From: a virus
Taxonomy: Duplodnaviria; Caudoviricetes
Virus record (IMG/VR): IMGVR_UViG_3300025137_005045
Strand: one strand, 5' to 3'
DNA length: 64,000 bases
Part shown: piece by piece, positions 29,502-39,297 of the stretch
How positions within the stretch are numbered: position 1 is the stretch's first letter
Layout of the letters: each line of letters begins with the position of its first letter
Made by a program: the position numbers and the translations under genes
The notes under the pieces: generated by a model
Told to the model about the DNA's origin: nothing
Databases searched by the model: none
The model's input: the letters and a program-made list of their open reading frames with translations, nothing else

Positions 29502-30593
29502 ATGCTAGACGTAATCAAACCATTGCTAGATAGCGATCTGATCAATGAAGAAACTAGGAAAGATATCCAAGAAGCTTGGGAATCAAAACTAGAAGAAACA
29601 AAAGATCAGGTTCGTGCAGAACTCCGTGAGGAATTTGCACAACGTTATGAACACGATAAAAGTAATATGGTTGAAGCGATCGATCGCATGGTAACAGAAG
29701 GTCTAACTACAGAGCTACAAGATGTGAAAACTGAAAAAGCTCAATTAGCAGAAGACCGTGTTAAGTTTAATGCATCAATGAAAGAAAACGCTAACAAATT
29801 TAATAACTTTATGGTTACTAAATTAGCGGAAGAAATCAAAGATCTTAGACAAGACAGAAAACAGCAAGATGCCACAGTTGGAAAACTAGAAGCATTTGTT
29901 GTTGAAGCATTAGCAAAAGAAATTAAAGAATTTGCACAAGACAAACAGGACGTTGTAGAGACTAAAGTTAAACTTGTTGCAGAAGCTCGTCAGAAACTGG
30001 AAGAACTTAAAACTAAGTTCGTAACAGAATCAAGCGAGAAGATGACTAATGCAGTTGCCAAGCACTTGAAAGCGGAACTCTCTCAGTTGCAGGAAGATAT
30101 CAAAGTTGCTCGTGAGAACAGCTTTGGACGTAAGATATTTGAATCATTTGCAAGCGAATTTGCTGGTACTCATTTAAATGAGAACGCAGAAATACGTAAG
30201 TTAATGGCACAAATGGAAGAAAAGAATCAGCAACTAGAAGAAGCAACCAATACACTCAACGAAACAAAACAGTTGGTTGAGAGTAAAGAACAAGATATTC
30301 GCATTATTAAAGATTCTAATGAGCGTACAGCAAAATTAGATGAGCTATTAAGTCCGTTAAACGACGAAAAAGCAGAAGTTATGCGTAATTTATTAGAAAG
30401 TGTGCAGACTAAGAAATTAGATGCCACTTTTAACAAGTATCTCCCAGCGGTGCTTAACGAGAATGTAGTGAAGTCTAAAAAAACGACACTTACAGAATCT
30501 GTTAAGGAAGTTACTGGGGATAAATCCAAGCCAGTTGAAGCAAAAGAAGAAAACCCACAAGTTATCGACTTACGCAAACTAGCTGGACTATAG
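29502..30593 (+). CDS. gp22: Prohead scaffold protein
   Basis: Coiled-coil, Glu/Lys-rich protein between gp21 and gp23. Confidence 0.85.
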   Translation: MLDVIKPLLDSDLINEETRKDIQEAWESKLEETKDQVRAELREEFAQRYEHDKSNMVEAIDRMVTEGLTTELQDVKTEKAQLAEDRVKFNASMKENANKFNNFMVTKLAEEIKDLRQDRKQQDATVGKLEAFVVEALAKEIKEFAQDKQDVVETKVKLVAEARQKLEELKTKFVTESSEKMTNAVAKHLKAELSQLQEDIKVARENSFGRKIFESFASEFAGTHLNENAEIRKLMAQMEEKNQQLEEATNTLNETKQLVESKEQDIRIIKDSNERTAKLDELLSPLNDEKAEVMRNLLESVQTKKLDATFNKYLPAVLNENVVKSKKTTLTESVKEVTGDKSKPVEAKEENPQVIDLRKLAGL

Positions 30594-30614
30594 TATAGAC
30601 ATTAGGAGAAAATC

Positions 30615-31790
30615 ATGTCAAACGAACTACTTGAAAGCCGTTGGGGTGAGACCAAAGACGCATTATTAGAAGGTCTACAAGGCTCTAAACGCAACTCAAT
30701 GAGTGTTATCTTAGAAAACACTAAAAAGCACTTGGCTGAAGCATCAGTCGCAGGTACTACAACAGCTGGTAACGTAGCTACACTTAACCGTGTAATACTA
30801 CCTGTAATCAGACGTGTAATGCCAACAGTTATTGCTAACGAATTGGTTGGTGTACAACCAATGACTGGTCCAGTTGGACAAATTCACACATTACGTGTAC
30901 GTTACGCAGAAACAAACAATGCAACAGGTACAGCAAACGATGTAGTAGCTGGCGATGAAGCATTAAGCCCATTTAAAATTGCTACTGCTTATTCCGGTGA
31001 CGGAACTGCAGGATTAGCGGCTGGAACATCAAGTTTAGAAGGTGACGGTGGTCGTAAGATTTCTGTACAAATTCTCAAGCAAGCTGTTGAAGCAAAAACA
31101 CGTAAATTGCAAGCACGTTGGACGTTTGAAGCGGCTCAAGATGCTCAAGCAATGCACGGTATCGACGTTGAAGCTGAAATTATGGCGGCACTAGCACAAG
31201 AAATTACTGCTGAGATCGACCAAGAAGTTCTAGCTTCACTTAGAGCATTAGCGGCTACAGAAGAAGCATATAACCAAGCTACTGTATCTGGTACAGCTAC
31301 ATTCGTTGGTGACGAGCATGCGGCTCTAGCAGTTCTTATTAACAGAACAGCTAACAAAATCGCACAGCGTACAAGACGTGGTGCAGGTAACTGGGCTGTT
31401 GTTTCACCAGCCTCACTAACAGTATTACAATCTGCAACTACTTCAGCTTTTGCTCGTAGTACAGAAGGTACATTTGATGCTCCAACAAACACTAAATTCG
31501 TAGGTACTCTAAACGGTGCTATGAAAGTGTATGTTGATTCATATGCATCAGACACTACACCAGTACTAGTTGGTTACAAAGGTACAAGTGAATCAGACGC
31601 GGCGGCATTCTATTGCCCATACGTTCCACTAATGAGCTCAGGTGTTGTGTTAGATCCATCAACATTTGAACCAGTGGTGTCATTCTTAACAAGATACGGT
31701 TACATTGAATTATCAAATACAGCATCATCCTTTGGTAATGCAGGTGATTACCTTGGTGAGATTTCAATGGCTAACTTATCATTCCAGTAA
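30615..31790 (+). CDS. gp23: Major capsid protein
   Basis: VRRVMP..IANELVGVQPMTGP, RKLQARWTFEAAQDAQAMHGIDVEAE, AAFYCPYVPL and TRYG; likely LAE|A maturation site. Confidence 0.95.
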   Translation: MSNELLESRWGETKDALLEGLQGSKRNSMSVILENTKKHLAEASVAGTTTAGNVATLNRVILPVIRRVMPTVIANELVGVQPMTGPVGQIHTLRVRYAETNNATGTANDVVAGDEALSPFKIATAYSGDGTAGLAAGTSSLEGDGGRKISVQILKQAVEAKTRKLQARWTFEAAQDAQAMHGIDVEAEIMAALAQEITAEIDQEVLASLRALAATEEAYNQATVSGTATFVGDEHAALAVLINRTANKIAQRTRRGAGNWAVVSPASLTVLQSATTSAFARSTEGTFDAPTNTKFVGTLNGAMKVYVDSYASDTTPVLVGYKGTSESDAAAFYCPYVPLMSSGVVLDPSTFEPVVSFLTRYGYIELSNTASSFGNAGDYLGEISMANLSFQ

Positions 31791-31818
31791 GATATTATAT
31801 TACAGGAAAGTTAACATT

Positions 31819-31847
31819 AAAAAGCACTCTTCGGAGTGCTTTTTTTT
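31819..31847 (+). terminator. Rho-independent terminator after gp23
   Basis: AAAAAGCACTC-TTCG-GAGTGCT followed by a T tract (cUUCGg loop). Confidence 0.9.
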
Positions 31848-31874
31848 GACTTAATAATTAATAAGTTAAAATAG

Positions 31875-31945
31875 ATAAATAACAACATAAACGCAATTCG
31901 GCGTTTTATGCAGTTTTAACATTCTGCGTAGTAGGTAGAACCTAC
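31875..31945 (+). promoter_or_regulatory. Late promoter followed by a three-hairpin 5' leader
   Basis: ATAAATA 31875-31881; stems at 31886-31910, 31910-31927 and 31931-31945. Confidence 0.5.
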
Positions 31946-31973
31946 ATTGGACTTCTATAAGGAGAAATATAAA

Positions 31974-32336
31974 ATGGGTAGACCGATAAACAAGAGATTT
32001 TTAGGGTTAACAGGAGTTGATGCATTACCAACAATTCCAGTTCGTGCAGATATCGCCGGTACAGATTTTGAAGGATTTATTGTATCACAAAAAGGTTCAA
32101 AAACATTCCGTGTATCAAATGACGGTGGATCAGTAGTAGGAGAAGCTATTTTAGTTAATAAAATTACAGGTCATGACGCAGGAGAAATGTCAATAGTTGG
32201 ACTAAACACGGCAGGAGAAGCAAAAGCTATTTCAAAGATTACAGCTAATAAAGCTGTTGATTTTGATGGAGTTATTTATTCTTGGGCAGTAGAAGACGAT
32301 TCAGCTGAATCCATGCTACGCTTAACAGCTCTTTAA
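31974..32336 (+). CDS. Virion structural/decoration protein (MGRPINK...)
   Basis: ATG 31974 follows AAGGAG, preferred over the track's TTG at 31947; first gene after gp23. Confidence 0.75.
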   Translation: MGRPINKRFLGLTGVDALPTIPVRADIAGTDFEGFIVSQKGSKTFRVSNDGGSVVGEAILVNKITGHDAGEMSIVGLNTAGEAKAISKITANKAVDFDGVIYSWAVEDDSAESMLRLTAL

Positions 32337-32360
32337 AATTAATATTTTTTTAGGCTACGG

Positions 32361-32396
32361 AAATCCTCTTAGTAAATACACTGAGAGGATTTTTTT
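32361..32396 (+). promoter_or_regulatory. Terminator/RBS-occluding hairpin with a late promoter in its loop
   Basis: AAATCCTCTTAG-TAAATACA-CTGAGAGGATTT followed by T's and ATG 32397. Confidence 0.65.
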
Positions 32397-32966
32397 ATGA
32401 CAGTAGGATTTGTATTAGGTAATGGTCGAAGTAGACTAGCAGTAGATCTTGAAGAGTTAAAAACCAAAGGGTTAATTTACGGATGCAATGCTATCTATAG
32501 AGAGTTTATGCCTCATGTATTAGTAGCAACAGATAGGTTAATTGCAAACAGAATTCAAGAAGAAGAAATAGATAAAAAAGTTAAATTTTGGACACGTAGG
32601 CCTATAGAAGGTTCAGCGGCACATAAAATAGAACGACCGTATTACGGAAATAGTTCCGGGCCTGTTGCAGTATCTAGAGCTTGCATAGACGGAGCAACAC
32701 ATATATTTCTTTTAGGATTTGATCTAGGTACATCAGACAGCAAATTTAATAACATATATGCCGATACTGAATTCTATAAAAAAAGTACAGATGATCCAAC
32801 CTATGCAGGTAATTGGATATATCAACTTAATGATATAGCTAAAGCATTTCCTAAAGTAATATTTTTCAGAGTAACAGGTGAAGAATCTGCAGAAGTTAAA
32901 TTTGATCGAAATAATATGGAAACAATAGCTATGGCCGAGTTTAAGTTAAAGATAAATAAGCTATAA
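32397..32966 (+). CDS. Sialyltransferase-fold (GT42/Cst-II, Maf/DUF115-like) protein
   Basis: GFVLGNGRSR...IYGCNAIYRE...LVATD...HIFLLGFDL parallels Cst-II IAGNGPS/RCNQFY/IYLSGIDF. Confidence 0.6.
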   Translation: MTVGFVLGNGRSRLAVDLEELKTKGLIYGCNAIYREFMPHVLVATDRLIANRIQEEEIDKKVKFWTRRPIEGSAAHKIERPYYGNSSGPVAVSRACIDGATHIFLLGFDLGTSDSKFNNIYADTEFYKKSTDDPTYAGNWIYQLNDIAKAFPKVIFFRVTGEESAEVKFDRNNMETIAMAEFKLKINKL

Positions 32967-32978
32967 TAGGAAAAGCAA

Positions 32979-33629
32979 ATGAGTACACATAAAAGAGTAA
33001 CCGGAGATTATGCTATTACCACTGTTAATGCCAGTGATAATATTACTTTAACTACACACACTGTTACAGTGACAGGTAACTTAACTGTTTCGGGTACACA
33101 AACAACTGTTAATTCGGTTGACCTGGATATTAAAGATAGACTTATTGTTTTAAACAAAGGTGAGTCAGGTGCAGGAGTTACAGGAGTACAATCAGGTATA
33201 CAAGTTGATAGGGGATCTGCGACTGATTCTAAGATCGTATATGTTGAATCTTCAGATCAATGGAATCTTGACCAAGGTAACGGATCACTTGTTCCCATTG
33301 TTAGTTCAGTATCTGGAGTAACAGAAGTAAGTGATGACACTACACCAGTACTAGGTGGTGCTTTAGATGTTAACGGCAAGTCAATAGTTAGTTCATCAAA
33401 TGGTAATATTGCAATAGCCGCAAACGGTACAGGAATATTACATGTTGACGGCTCAGCGGTACGGTTACAAAACGAAGCTGGAGACCCAACAGGACAATCA
33501 GGGTATACTACAGTTTATTCTAAAGTAGCTGGATCAGGTGGTACAGGATTATATGCAGTGACAAATACCTCAACAGCAGATGAACTAGTAAGTAAATCGA
33601 AAGCCGTAGTATTCGGCATTATATTTTAA
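32979..33629 (+). CDS. Virion structural protein
   Basis: 216 aa beta-rich Thr/Gly protein; late promoter at 32952-32958. Confidence 0.7.
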   Translation: MSTHKRVTGDYAITTVNASDNITLTTHTVTVTGNLTVSGTQTTVNSVDLDIKDRLIVLNKGESGAGVTGVQSGIQVDRGSATDSKIVYVESSDQWNLDQGNGSLVPIVSSVSGVTEVSDDTTPVLGGALDVNGKSIVSSSNGNIAIAANGTGILHVDGSAVRLQNEAGDPTGQSGYTTVYSKVAGSGGTGLYAVTNTSTADELVSKSKAVVFGIIF

Positions 33630-33639
33630 GGAATAAAAC

Positions 33640-33954
33640 ATGACAATTAGTACATTACAAGTCAATGATAGTGCTACAACAGTATATACATCGACAAACA
33701 ATACAGCAGTTACTTTTCAATCTTATACAAACTATTCTGCCAGTGCAGTTAAAATTGATATCAATTTGGTACCAAGTGGTGGATCAGTAGCTGATACCAA
33801 TTTGATAGTTAACGAGCTAGCTATTGCGGCAAAAGATACATATCAAGTATATTCTGGAGGAGAAAAACTCCTGTTAGGAAACGGTGATTTCTTAGTTGCT
33901 ACAGCCAATGCGGCATCAGCAATAACAGTTGTAACATCATTTACAACAATCTAG
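33640..33954 (+). CDS. Small virion structural protein (beta-sandwich)
   Basis: 104-aa ORF with AAGGA RBS in the fibre cluster. Confidence 0.7.
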   Translation: MTISTLQVNDSATTVYTSTNNTAVTFQSYTNYSASAVKIDINLVPSGGSVADTNLIVNELAIAAKDTYQVYSGGEKLLLGNGDFLVATANAASAITVVTSFTTI

Positions 33955-33961
33955 ATAAATT

Positions 33962-34372
33962 ATGTCAGGTAAATTTCTTAAAGAGCCTAAGGCAGACACG
34001 TCAGCAAAAGCAATCACAGTACCTTCCGGTGGTGCTTCTGACAGACCAGGCGCTCCTATATTTGGTAGTTTTAGATTTAATACCGACATTGGGTCTCTAG
34101 AGTTCTTTAACGGAACAGTTTTTAAGACTGTATCTGAAGCAGGAGAGAAAACTCTTGTTATTAATACATTTACAGGTAACTCGTCTACCAAAACATTTAC
34201 AATGTCAGTAACACCGACAGCAGTAACTCAACTATTGGTTTTTATTGGCGGAGTATTTCAAGAATCAACCACACACTACTCAGTATCATCAGATGACATA
34301 ACATTTAGTGAAGCACCTCCAACTGGAGAAACTATAACAGTTATTCACAACATTGCAAAAACTCCAAATTAA
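33962..34372 (+). CDS. Small virion structural protein with the FTGNSSTKTFT...EAPPTG module
   Basis: The same ~65-aa module recurs in the genes at 37918 and 39298. Confidence 0.7.
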   Translation: MSGKFLKEPKADTSAKAITVPSGGASDRPGAPIFGSFRFNTDIGSLEFFNGTVFKTVSEAGEKTLVINTFTGNSSTKTFTMSVTPTAVTQLLVFIGGVFQESTTHYSVSSDDITFSEAPPTGETITVIHNIAKTPN

Positions 34373-34379
34373 TATATAG

Positions 34380-34477
34380 ATAAATAAACGCATAACCAAC
34401 ACGGTGTTGGGGACAAACCGAGGTAAACCTGCGATAGAACAAGGTTATCCGTGAAATACGGAGGATAAGGAGAGAAT
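34380..34477 (+). promoter_or_regulatory. Late promoter and structured, switch-like 5' leader
   Basis: ATAAATA 34380-34386, with alternative helices next to the AAGGAG RBS. Confidence 0.5.
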
Positions 34478-37400
34478 ATGGCTTCAGGCCGAATATCCGG
34501 TAGACTCTTGCGAGATGATCTTGCTAGAGATACCAATTTAACATTTGATACAAATACTCTGGTTGTTGATTACGTCAACAACAAAGTTGGTGTTGGCACA
34601 GTTTCCCCATCTGACCTTCTTACTGTCAATGGTAATTCTACTTTAGACAAAATACAAATTTCAAACAATCAAATAATATCAGTCAATACCAATGCTGACA
34701 TAGTAGTGTCTCCGAACGGTACCGGAAATATTAATGCATCAACAAGTTTTATAAACAACGTATCTAATCCAGTACAAAATCTAGACGTTGCTAATAAGGT
34801 ATATGTTGATACAACAGTAGCCGGAGTACTTGGTAGTACATTGAACTTGGGTTCAGCTGGTGATGGATCATTGGTAACCAGCGGAGCATATATTAATTGG
34901 ACAACAACAACAAAAATTACAGATGCCATCGACGATTTAAACGAAGTAGTTGAAAATGTACGTAATAATACTTTTGTTAAACAAGTAGACTTTGTAGCTG
35001 ATATAGTAGCGGCAGGTGCAGGAACTGCGGTCACTTTAACAATTACGACAACAGGTACCGCTAATAGATTTGATGTAACATGGGGCGATGGTGATACAGA
35101 TACCAATATTACAGATACAACACCAACGCACACATACGCTACAAATGTAGGATCACCATTTGATGTAACTGTTAGAGCATATAATACCGGCGGTAGTGGA
35201 ACCGGTAGTGAAGCAAGTAAAACTAGAGAAAATTACATTACCATTTTTACAGCAAATCCTGTGGTATCATTTGCGATATTTGCGGGATCAAGTGGCGGAA
35301 GTGCAATAAACTTTTGGGATGATGGTGCTACAGTATATTTAGAAAATACAACAACAAATATTGGAAGTGCTACAATTCAATTTACAGTCAATTGGGGTGA
35401 TGGATCAAGCAATAATGTAATTACGGATAATACAGCAAATGGCGGAACAGCAGGTAGTAGACTTGCACATACATTTACAGCATCAACAGAACAAGAACAA
35501 CAAAGAACAGTTACAGTTACTTTAGATAGTCATTCAACAGCAACACCAGCAGTTATTCCAACCAGTGCTAACGATGCAGTTGAAATTTATGATACACATA
35601 CTCCTACAGTGTCACTAGATGATGCTTCGGGAGTCAATGAAGAAGCAACATCAGGACATGTTGTTACATTTACAAATAATACAGAAAATACAATAGGTAG
35701 TTTCTCAACATATGGAATACAATACCAATACCAATGGGGTGATGGAACATCTTCAAACACTGTAAACGCAGGATCAAGCGGTGCTGGCGATACAGGCGGC
35801 ACAATTGCTCATACATTTGCGTTAAGCTCAAGCGATCAAGCAAATGGAACACCAAGGGATTATGTTGGTAATATTAGAGTTACATCAAATCATACAAGTT
35901 CACCGTTTGTAAGTTCAAACTTTACTGTTCATGTTGAACCTGATGTCAGATCAAATATTGCAGGAACAGCGGTTACAGTATCAGATCGAACAGGTGATGA
36001 TCAATTTGATATATATGATTTTACTGACTATAATGGAAGTAATCGTGCGTTAGTCAGGATGACTAACACATCACAAAATGCCGATGACTATGTTTATAAC
36101 TTTGCTGACGGTGCAGGTAACACAGCAGTTACAGAAAACGGAAGTAATGCAGGCAGTATCGGAGCAGTTTTAGATCGTGATTTCGCAGGAAAAAGCACAG
36201 GCACATACAATCTAACATTTACATCTAACGGAACTCCAGACATAACAGCACAAACAGATGTTGACACGAGTATTACATTTACATTAAAAGCTACCCCAAC
36301 AGTACCAAGCAATTTAAGTAGCTTTACACTAAGTCTGTCAGATAGCTCTCAAGGTACTAGTCCTAAACTAACATCGGGCTTTACAGACAATTCAGAAAGT
36401 AATCCATTAGCGGCAGGTGCTAGTTTATCGACCACTAGTGCCAGAAGATACACATCAGGTACAATTGATACTAATGTAATTAATAATTCGTTTAACGGCG
36501 TTGCAGGCACCTTAACAGCTAAAGTAAATGGTGTTGATAAAGGTAACAAAGCATTCTCTGCATCAACAGGCGAGAACGGAACATTTACAAGTTTGGTAGT
36601 AAGCAATCAAGCTGATGCAAACAGCACAATATCAGGATCAACATACCCAACAGGATTTTATCAAACATTTGATGCTAAAATTACACAGGCATTATCAAAT
36701 TACACAGTAGGTGTTAATGATCAAAGATTAGAACATTCAACAACAGGAAACACTAATTACGTATCTGTTGTTTATGATGACATTACTGACACGCCAACAA
36801 TTGGAAGTGGAGCAGGCACACTAGCAGAAGGAACAGCAGGCACTAAACGATTTGTTTCAGGTGTTCCTTATTACAATTCAGGATCACCAACAGTGGTATT
36901 AACAGGCGTGCAAGTTAGCAACTTAACAGGGCAAGCATTTTCAGATGTTTCAAATCCTGTGGAAGTTAATACCGGTGCTAATCAGGAAGGAACATCATCA
37001 GCAGGTACTGTAGATACTGATTACACATATGCAAACATAGACGGGTCAACAACAATGCTAGCTAGTGGTATTCCAAAGATGGATATTGGTGTATCAAGTG
37101 CATATACATTAGGTGCATTAACAGTACCGATTACTTCAAGTTCAGTAAGAACTGTCGACAGAGTTCGAGTTCGTGCTAGAAACTGTAATGGTATAGGTGG
37201 CTACATATCTAATGTAACAAACATTAATGTACACACATCAGCACAATCAGGTATAAGTGAAATATTAATTCCAGTAAGTGATAGTTTAGGTGCAGGATTT
37301 GATGATGACGGTGTAAGAATATTTAATTTTAACGGAGATACATCAAATAATCCGAGTTATTCAGGGTCAACAAACTTCTATACTAGTAGTCCATACACTG

Positions 37401-37918
37401 AGGCAAGTGATCCTGGAGTTGCAGGAACAAAAGAAGCAACTATACGTTTAGGGGTGCTAGAACATAATGTTGTTAATTATGCATCAGGATATTTACCAGC
37501 AGGACCAAATAGAAGTGGAGACACAGGAACACAATACTTTACATTTGCTTTCCGTAGAACAACAATGTCTAATTTTGATATTAATATTACTAGTTCATCA
37601 ATTGCTGGATTATGGATAGCGGCTCCAGGAACAGGCATTGACACAGCTTCAGGATTGAATGGATGGATTGATTCATCAATAACATACGGTGGATCAGGAG
37701 TACCTGGTAGTGATACAGGCAACGGTGGGAATGGGTCAAATGGTTGTGCATTTACATCAGGGGATAGAATAGCATCAGGTACAAGTTTATCAGGTGGCTA
37801 TACAATGACACTAGGTAGTGAGAACGGAACAAATGCAACAGGAAATGTTATATTAGTTCGTATTGCATTAACATCAGGTCAAAGTGTAACAGCGTTGTCA
37901 GTAGGAGTAGCTAGCTAA
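34478..37918 (+). CDS. Large fibre/decoration protein with PKD-like Ig repeats
   Basis: 1146 aa with repeated (T/N/Q)WGDG...HT(Y/F) PKD motifs; Ser/Thr/Gly-rich. Confidence 0.8.
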   Translation: MASGRISGRLLRDDLARDTNLTFDTNTLVVDYVNNKVGVGTVSPSDLLTVNGNSTLDKIQISNNQIISVNTNADIVVSPNGTGNINASTSFINNVSNPVQNLDVANKVYVDTTVAGVLGSTLNLGSAGDGSLVTSGAYINWTTTTKITDAIDDLNEVVENVRNNTFVKQVDFVADIVAAGAGTAVTLTITTTGTANRFDVTWGDGDTDTNITDTTPTHTYATNVGSPFDVTVRAYNTGGSGTGSEASKTRENYITIFTANPVVSFAIFAGSSGGSAINFWDDGATVYLENTTTNIGSATIQFTVNWGDGSSNNVITDNTANGGTAGSRLAHTFTASTEQEQQRTVTVTLDSHSTATPAVIPTSANDAVEIYDTHTPTVSLDDASGVNEEATSGHVVTFTNNTENTIGSFSTYGIQYQYQWGDGTSSNTVNAGSSGAGDTGGTIAHTFALSSSDQANGTPRDYVGNIRVTSNHTSSPFVSSNFTVHVEPDVRSNIAGTAVTVSDRTGDDQFDIYDFTDYNGSNRALVRMTNTSQNADDYVYNFADGAGNTAVTENGSNAGSIGAVLDRDFAGKSTGTYNLTFTSNGTPDITAQTDVDTSITFTLKATPTVPSNLSSFTLSLSDSSQGTSPKLTSGFTDNSESNPLAAGASLSTTSARRYTSGTIDTNVINNSFNGVAGTLTAKVNGVDKGNKAFSASTGENGTFTSLVVSNQADANSTISGSTYPTGFYQTFDAKITQALSNYTVGVNDQRLEHSTTGNTNYVSVVYDDITDTPTIGSGAGTLAEGTAGTKRFVSGVPYYNSGSPTVVLTGVQVSNLTGQAFSDVSNPVEVNTGANQEGTSSAGTVDTDYTYANIDGSTTMLASGIPKMDIGVSSAYTLGALTVPITSSSVRTVDRVRVRARNCNGIGGYISNVTNINVHTSAQSGISEILIPVSDSLGAGFDDDGVRIFNFNGDTSNNPSYSGSTNFYTSSPYTEASDPGVAGTKEATIRLGVLEHNVVNYASGYLPAGPNRSGDTGTQYFTFAFRRTTMSNFDINITSSSIAGLWIAAPGTGIDTASGLNGWIDSSITYGGSGVPGSDTGNGGNGSNGCAFTSGDRIASGTSLSGGYTMTLGSENGTNATGNVILVRIALTSGQSVTALSVGVAS

Positions 37919-39111
37919 TGGCAATTACAGACACCCAGAAAGTTGATTACCTTTGGAAGAAAATAGGGTACGGTGCAACTAAAACAGATACCAATGCTAA
38001 TAAAAAAGCACCCAACGAAGCAATAGCATCACCATTACTACTGCGTGGCGACAAAGTGTGGCAACAGGCAAGTAGCATTCCAGCAGTTATGCCAGGTTCA
38101 TCATCAGCACCGGTTACAGTGTATCCAACATCAGCACCAGATGAAACAACAATTGATGGAACAGCCACAGCAAACAGAACTTGGAAAACAGGATTAACAG
38201 ACTGGATACCGCCAGAGATAGGTTCTACATATCAAGTAAAAGTGTTTATACATACTTCAAGTGATGCCTCAGGTGCATCAGGTGGTGATCAAGTGTTTGC
38301 CACAGGTTCAGGTAATGATGACGAATGGTTCTTTGATTATCAATCAGGAGTACTACACTTTGTAGGAGCAAACTTGCCCAACGGTATAAGTTTCTCAGGT
38401 AAGTCAGTTTATATATCAGGTGCTAGGTATACTGGTACGTTTGGAGTAGGTAGCGGTTCGGCAACTACTTTAGGTAATATTACTGCTGATGACACAACGC
38501 TGACATCAACAACAGCCAGCGACGATATTATCATTAATGCTGAATCCGGGCTATTTAAGATTTTAGGAACAACAGGATTTGCTATTCCTGTTGGAACAAC
38601 AGCACAAAGATCTGGTTCACCAGCTACGGGTACATTAAGATATAATTCCACAACAGGTGCATTAGAGTTATATGATGGGGCGGCATGGGACGCAACAGGA
38701 GACTTCACAACTCTAGTACAGTCATTTAATGGAGATGCTTCAACAGTGGCATTTACATTATCAGCGGCAACAACCACAGAGAGTCTAATAGTTAGTATTA
38801 ATGGCGTTTTACAAGAACCAACAACAGCATATGCTGTAAGTTCAACTACGTTAACATTTACAGAAGCTCCTGCGACCGGCGATAAAATTATTGTCAGATT
38901 TATGACAAAAACATTAGGTAGTACTGTTGGAACTTATGTTAAAACATCACCAGTAGCAGTTTCTGGATTACCATCAGCATCATCAGTAGGTGCTGGATCA
39001 AGAGCATTCGTAACAGATGCCAACGCAACAACCTTTGCATCAATAGTAGCAAACGGGGGATCCAACGGAGTACCTGTTTACTCAGACGGCACAAACTGGC
39101 GTATAGGTTAA
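37918..39111 (+). CDS. Virion fibre/structural protein
   Basis: 397 aa with a G(T)LRYNSTT...LELYDG motif, the shared FNGDASTVAFTLS module and a terminal VYSDGTNWRIG. Confidence 0.75.
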   Translation: MAITDTQKVDYLWKKIGYGATKTDTNANKKAPNEAIASPLLLRGDKVWQQASSIPAVMPGSSSAPVTVYPTSAPDETTIDGTATANRTWKTGLTDWIPPEIGSTYQVKVFIHTSSDASGASGGDQVFATGSGNDDEWFFDYQSGVLHFVGANLPNGISFSGKSVYISGARYTGTFGVGSGSATTLGNITADDTTLTSTTASDDIIINAESGLFKILGTTGFAIPVGTTAQRSGSPATGTLRYNSTTGALELYDGAAWDATGDFTTLVQSFNGDASTVAFTLSAATTTESLIVSINGVLQEPTTAYAVSSTTLTFTEAPATGDKIIVRFMTKTLGSTVGTYVKTSPVAVSGLPSASSVGAGSRAFVTDANATTFASIVANGGSNGVPVYSDGTNWRIG

Positions 39112-39118
39112 TTATATA

Positions 39119-39133
39119 AAGTGCGTAGTTTAT
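39119..39133 (-). repeat. 15-bp intergenic motif ATAAACTACGCACTT (copy 1, minus strand)
   Basis: Exact reverse complement of 57211-57225. Confidence 0.7.
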
Positions 39134-39189
39134 TCAATAATATCAGTAGTTTATATCAACCCGTAACAGTTACAAAATACCAAATTTAA

Positions 39190-39297
39190 ATAAATACTTT
39201 CAAGTAGATAGCTGGACAATTAACAGTTGTCAACTACCAGGTAGTAGTTCGGGGGATAGCTACCCTTAAATGCTTAGATTATAAGGACAAAAATATC
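39190..39297 (+). promoter_or_regulatory. Late promoter and structured leader
   Basis: ATAAATA 39190-39196; GACAAT/GTTGTC and GGTAGT/GCTACC stems. Confidence 0.45.
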
